This document shows positions 60,667-64,000 of a stretch of 64,000 bases of DNA, piece by piece. Both the position numbers and the translations under genes were made by a program. Origin of the DNA: Phocaeicola sp. (lineage in GTDB: Bacteria > Bacteroidota > Bacteroidia > Bacteroidales > Bacteroidaceae). Numbering within the stretch: position 1 is the stretch's first letter; each line of letters starts with the position of its first letter. Below the pieces are notes generated by a model. It saw nothing but the letters and a program-made list of their open reading frames with translations. It was not told the DNA's origin and searched no databases. Where the stretch lies: assembly GCA_034094155.1 (NCBI GenBank), contig JAXEBI010000046.1, positions 52 to 64,051 of the forward strand, read 5' to 3'.

Positions 60667-61206
60667 CTAATAACTGCATAGCTTATACTTTCTATCATTC
60701 TCATCATAAAGATTTACATGTGCTACTCTTTTACGGTTATATTGTACTATGTGTTTATTTATAATGTCAATTTGCGCTTTCGAATGGCTGCTTCCTTTCA
60801 TAGGAATAGGTTTTCCGTTATGATTTTCAAAATGAAGTATAAACCAATATTCAATACACATACTTGAAAAAGCTACTTTAAAGTCATTTTGTCTTGCCAA
60901 TTTAATGGCTTCCCAAAAATCATGATGACCATCAAAATCAAAGACCATCCATTTACTTGAATATTTACATTTTTCATTCTTTGATAAATTATTGAATTTA
61001 CCAATTGATGTATTAACGAAATCAATACAGTTGCCTATACCGCTACCTCTCACTACTACCGGTTCAATTTTGCAATTAGTTTTTTTCAATTGTTTGAGAT
61101 AACTATATTCTGTGTTTCGTCCTTCTACATATAAAATGATTTTTTTTTACACTTCTACTTCCGGTTTTTTTCGTTTTACGTTAAACAATGAGTGATCTTT
61201 TCCCAT
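60667..61206 (-). pseudogene. RloB-domain (AbiLii-like TOPRIM) gene with premature stop
   Basis: ATG 61206 MGKDHSLFNVKRKKPEVEV, TAA (61149-61147), then same frame KKIILYVEGRNTEYSY...WMVFDFD...SSMCIEYWFILHF. Confidence 0.78.
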
Positions 61207-61208
61207 AA

Positions 61209-62481
61209 CTATTTGCCCTCCAGTATAATTGAAATCAGATAATCAGTATCAACAGATGGTACGCCTGTAAGATTTCCATCAAGATAATTCTTTTCAATAT
61301 TAGAAAGTAATTTATCTCTATATTCAGTTACAGGCATTAATGTAGACTCTCCATAACGATTCTTATTCGTAATATAGATTTGATCTTTTCTCAACAGATT
61401 TTTTTTATTCTCATCTTTTGAATTTAATAATGACGTATTATGGGTATTAATCACAAGTTGAGCAGATGACGGTGCCTTATAAAACATTTCAAGAATAGCC
61501 TTAACCACATATGAGTGAATTCCACTATCAAATTCATCAATAAACAATAGGCTGCCATTTTTAAGAGAATCAATAATATATCTTGCCATGCCCACAAGTC
61601 TGAATGTACCAAATGACTCATCTTTTTCTAATATAAAATTAGTATATCCTATTTTTTCATAATGCTCATCGTATACTTTGTGTTTTGTATATACTCCGTC
61701 ATATATATGGTTATTTGCATCAACCTTCACAAAATGCTTAATTTTATCAGGTAGTGTGTCAATATCGATTTCATGAGGTAAGAAGTCTTCAATATTAATA
61801 TCGAAAGCCTTAATGAAAGGTATAATCTGCTCTTTCTTTTCAGAGTCGAACAGATCAAACGGTTTGAGGTCGTTGACTGAAATTATTTTAATACTATCAA
61901 ACCAGTCAACAATTTTTTTGCATAAAATATCGTTAAAAGTAGAAAGTATAGAAATCAGCGGAACGACCGGTGAAAGCATGCCCGCAGATTTAATCATGTC
62001 AAATATCTTTTTATTAATATGATTCCCGTTAAGATTCACTTTTAATTCTTCACGTATGAATACATATTTCTCTTTTGATTCCTTCTCATAAAGCCATTCG
62101 TTTAAGATACGATCTTTATTTAGGGTAAATCCATACCTGTACTGAATATCATCAATTATAAAAAACCATTTCAAACGAGGATTCATTTTTCCCTGAATAG
62201 TTATTAAGACGAAATGAATCATATTTTGTTTGCCAGTAATCAAATGCAGGAATCTTTCCGTCACGTTTAGGCGGACATACAACTCTACACATAAAATTAA
62301 CGGCATCAAATAGCTTAGTCTTTCCACTGGCATTGGCACCATATACTGCGAGAACTTTTAGAGCCGCATATCAAATTTTAGTTGCACGTGAATATTTCTC
62401 AGAAAATGATGAAGCAACAAAATTCAATATGGATTCTTCTTTGAAGCATTTATAATTATCGAAAGAAAATTGAATAAGCAT
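61209..62481 (-). pseudogene. RloA/AbiLi-like AAA_21 ATPase with nonsense codon and +1 frameshift
   Basis: ATG 62481 MLIQFSFDNYKCFKEE; TGA at 62373-62371; Walker A GANASGKT (62340-62317); extra T in the T6 run at 62165-62160; then YRYGF, ESFGT, IDEFDSGIH, QLVINTH, LRKDQI, YLDG. Confidence 0.85.
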
Positions 62482-62645
62482 AATCTTAATTTTTGTTTGA
62501 ATTTTGAACAAAAATATTAATTAATATCAAATAAAATTCATCTGATTGGAAGATTTTGCAGAAATTGATATATATAAATAAATATAACCTGAAGCATTAA
62601 ATTAATTTTATTATAATTTATATTGCACATGGAAATAAGCCTTGG

Positions 62646-63734
62646 CTATGCCACCCCCTTATCCGCCACGAGCCCTCCATAATCCTTTGCCACATCCGGC
62701 AGTTCCACCACATCGTGGCATATCCCTTTCTTATCCAGTAAACCCGAAATAATTCCGGCAGCCATTTTTCCCGCCCTGTCGTTATCCATACCTATATGAA
62801 GCCTGAATCCGTCCAGCATATCCAGATCTTCGGCAGGTATGATATTCGCACTCGGGATGGCCACCGCATTCAGACCGTCCGACAACATGGCAAGACAGTC
62901 CGTAATCCCTTCGGCAATATACAAATCATCACCCGGGCAAATACTTTTCAGTACAGGCAGGTTATACAGACACGTCTTTTTATCCCCACCGAAGAAAAAC
63001 TGGAATCTCGGCACCTCCTTGTCCTGACCTAAATACCTCGACTGCACACCCACGAGCACCCCCTCGGCATTATAGTACGGAAACAAAAGACAGGGCGAGA
63101 AGAACTTCAGAAACAGACCTTTGTCGTTTTTCTTTATAAAACAACTTTCACTCAGAACACCCATATCAAACCTCTCCTTTAACATTCCGAGTAATTTCCA
63201 TGGCCTTTCCACAGCCCTTACACCCTGTCTTACTATCACATCCCTGTTCAGTTTCCTTTCCCTGAATAAAAAATTCTCAGCCCTTGGAGTAAGCCCGCCG
63301 GTATTGTCCAGAATCCACTGCGCCACCTCACTGTGGAACACATTCCCCCGACCTTTTCCGGAATCCTTTTCTGTACCCTTTTCCGAATCCCGGCTGCTAC
63401 AGCTTGCCACAGGCTTACAGACACCGTAACTGCCCATACCACCACCGCAGTCCATGCCATACAGCTCACACAATTTTCTGCAGGCATCCACAAATTTCAG
63501 GCCACAGCATTCCATCACAAAATTAATGGCATTATCACCACCTCTCCCACACGAAAAGCAATGCCATTTCCTCAGTTCCTGTCCGTAAAACCCTAAGCTC
63601 GCGTTCTTCTCCGCATGAGCGAAGCAGCACATCTTATGCCTTACTACTTTAAACCCCAATCTTACCGCCACCTCTTCTGTACACAGAAACTTCAGATTGT
63701 CTACCACACTTCTTGGAATAGGATAACCACCCAT
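62646..63734 (-). CDS. Mobile-element-type DNA primase (CHC2 zinc finger plus TOPRIM)
   Basis: CCFAH.EKNAS...WHCFSCG zinc finger; LLFPYY, YIAEGITD and DND TOPRIM motifs; no DnaB-binding domain. ATG 63734 preferred over TTG 63776. Confidence 0.82.
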   Translation of the reverse strand: MGGYPIPRSVVDNLKFLCTEEVAVRLGFKVVRHKMCCFAHAEKNASLGFYGQELRKWHCFSCGRGGDNAINFVMECCGLKFVDACRKLCELYGMDCGGGMGSYGVCKPVASCSSRDSEKGTEKDSGKGRGNVFHSEVAQWILDNTGGLTPRAENFLFRERKLNRDVIVRQGVRAVERPWKLLGMLKERFDMGVLSESCFIKKNDKGLFLKFFSPCLLFPYYNAEGVLVGVQSRYLGQDKEVPRFQFFFGGDKKTCLYNLPVLKSICPGDDLYIAEGITDCLAMLSDGLNAVAIPSANIIPAEDLDMLDGFRLHIGMDNDRAGKMAAGIISGLLDKKGICHDVVELPDVAKDYGGLVADKGVA

Positions 63735-64000
63735 AATACAAAACCTCCCGATTTTCAGATTATAAATATTAAACAATACATCACAGAAACAAAGTCTGTT
63801 TATTTATAATAACTGAGAACCGGAAGGTTTTGCTCCCAAAAAATGGAAGAATCTTATCTGGTTTAACAATTTTTATAAGAAAAACCGTTTCACATTAGAT
63901 TTTTGGTGGAAAATTAATGTCTGACTATTTTACTTACCACACCATTGGCATAGAAAAAGTCATCATATCCTTTATTGCACTAAACATGACAATAAATTAG

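Noticed and set aside
61209-62342. 377-aa ORF as an intact ATPase
   Set aside because: Its first ~60 residues are out of frame; Walker A is in another frame upstream, so the gene is a pseudogene.

Overview
Bacteroidales chromosomal DNA (TTTG-N19-21-TAnnTTTG promoters, no Shine-Dalgarno signals). 1-16.2 kb is core genome: two tRNA-Arg(ACG), a patatin-like protein, htpG, clpC, gyrA and a TPR protein, with a stand-alone GH2 lipoprotein and a REP-like palindrome between clpC and htpG. 16.4-57 kb is a cell-surface and glycan super-cluster, mostly on the minus strand. It holds a PagL-like deacylase, two fimbrillin-like lipoproteins and an AT-rich Wzx/Wzy polysaccharide locus (wza to wecA-wzi-lipocalin) headed by an ops-like leader but with no upxY/upxZ. 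It also holds divergent rfbC/rfbA, an unannotated 39-aa YxxP peptide ahead of a BACON/M64-peptidase lipoprotein, a strip of gene fragments, a split-YjbH/lipoprotein/OmpA module, gmd-fcl, a DUF3990 (ART-like) three-gene cassette and fucP. The right end has a CoA-transferase, an Rpn-like PD-(D/E)XK gene with a 21-bp VNTR, a decayed AbiL-like AAA/RloB pair and a mobile-element-type primase. The best candidates for an undescribed system are the YxxP-peptide cargo locus, the split-YjbH/HSGG-lipoprotein/OmpA module, the DUF3990 triad and the FrhB-like/pyruvyltransferase pair. All family calls come from motif recognition by eye; no searches were run.
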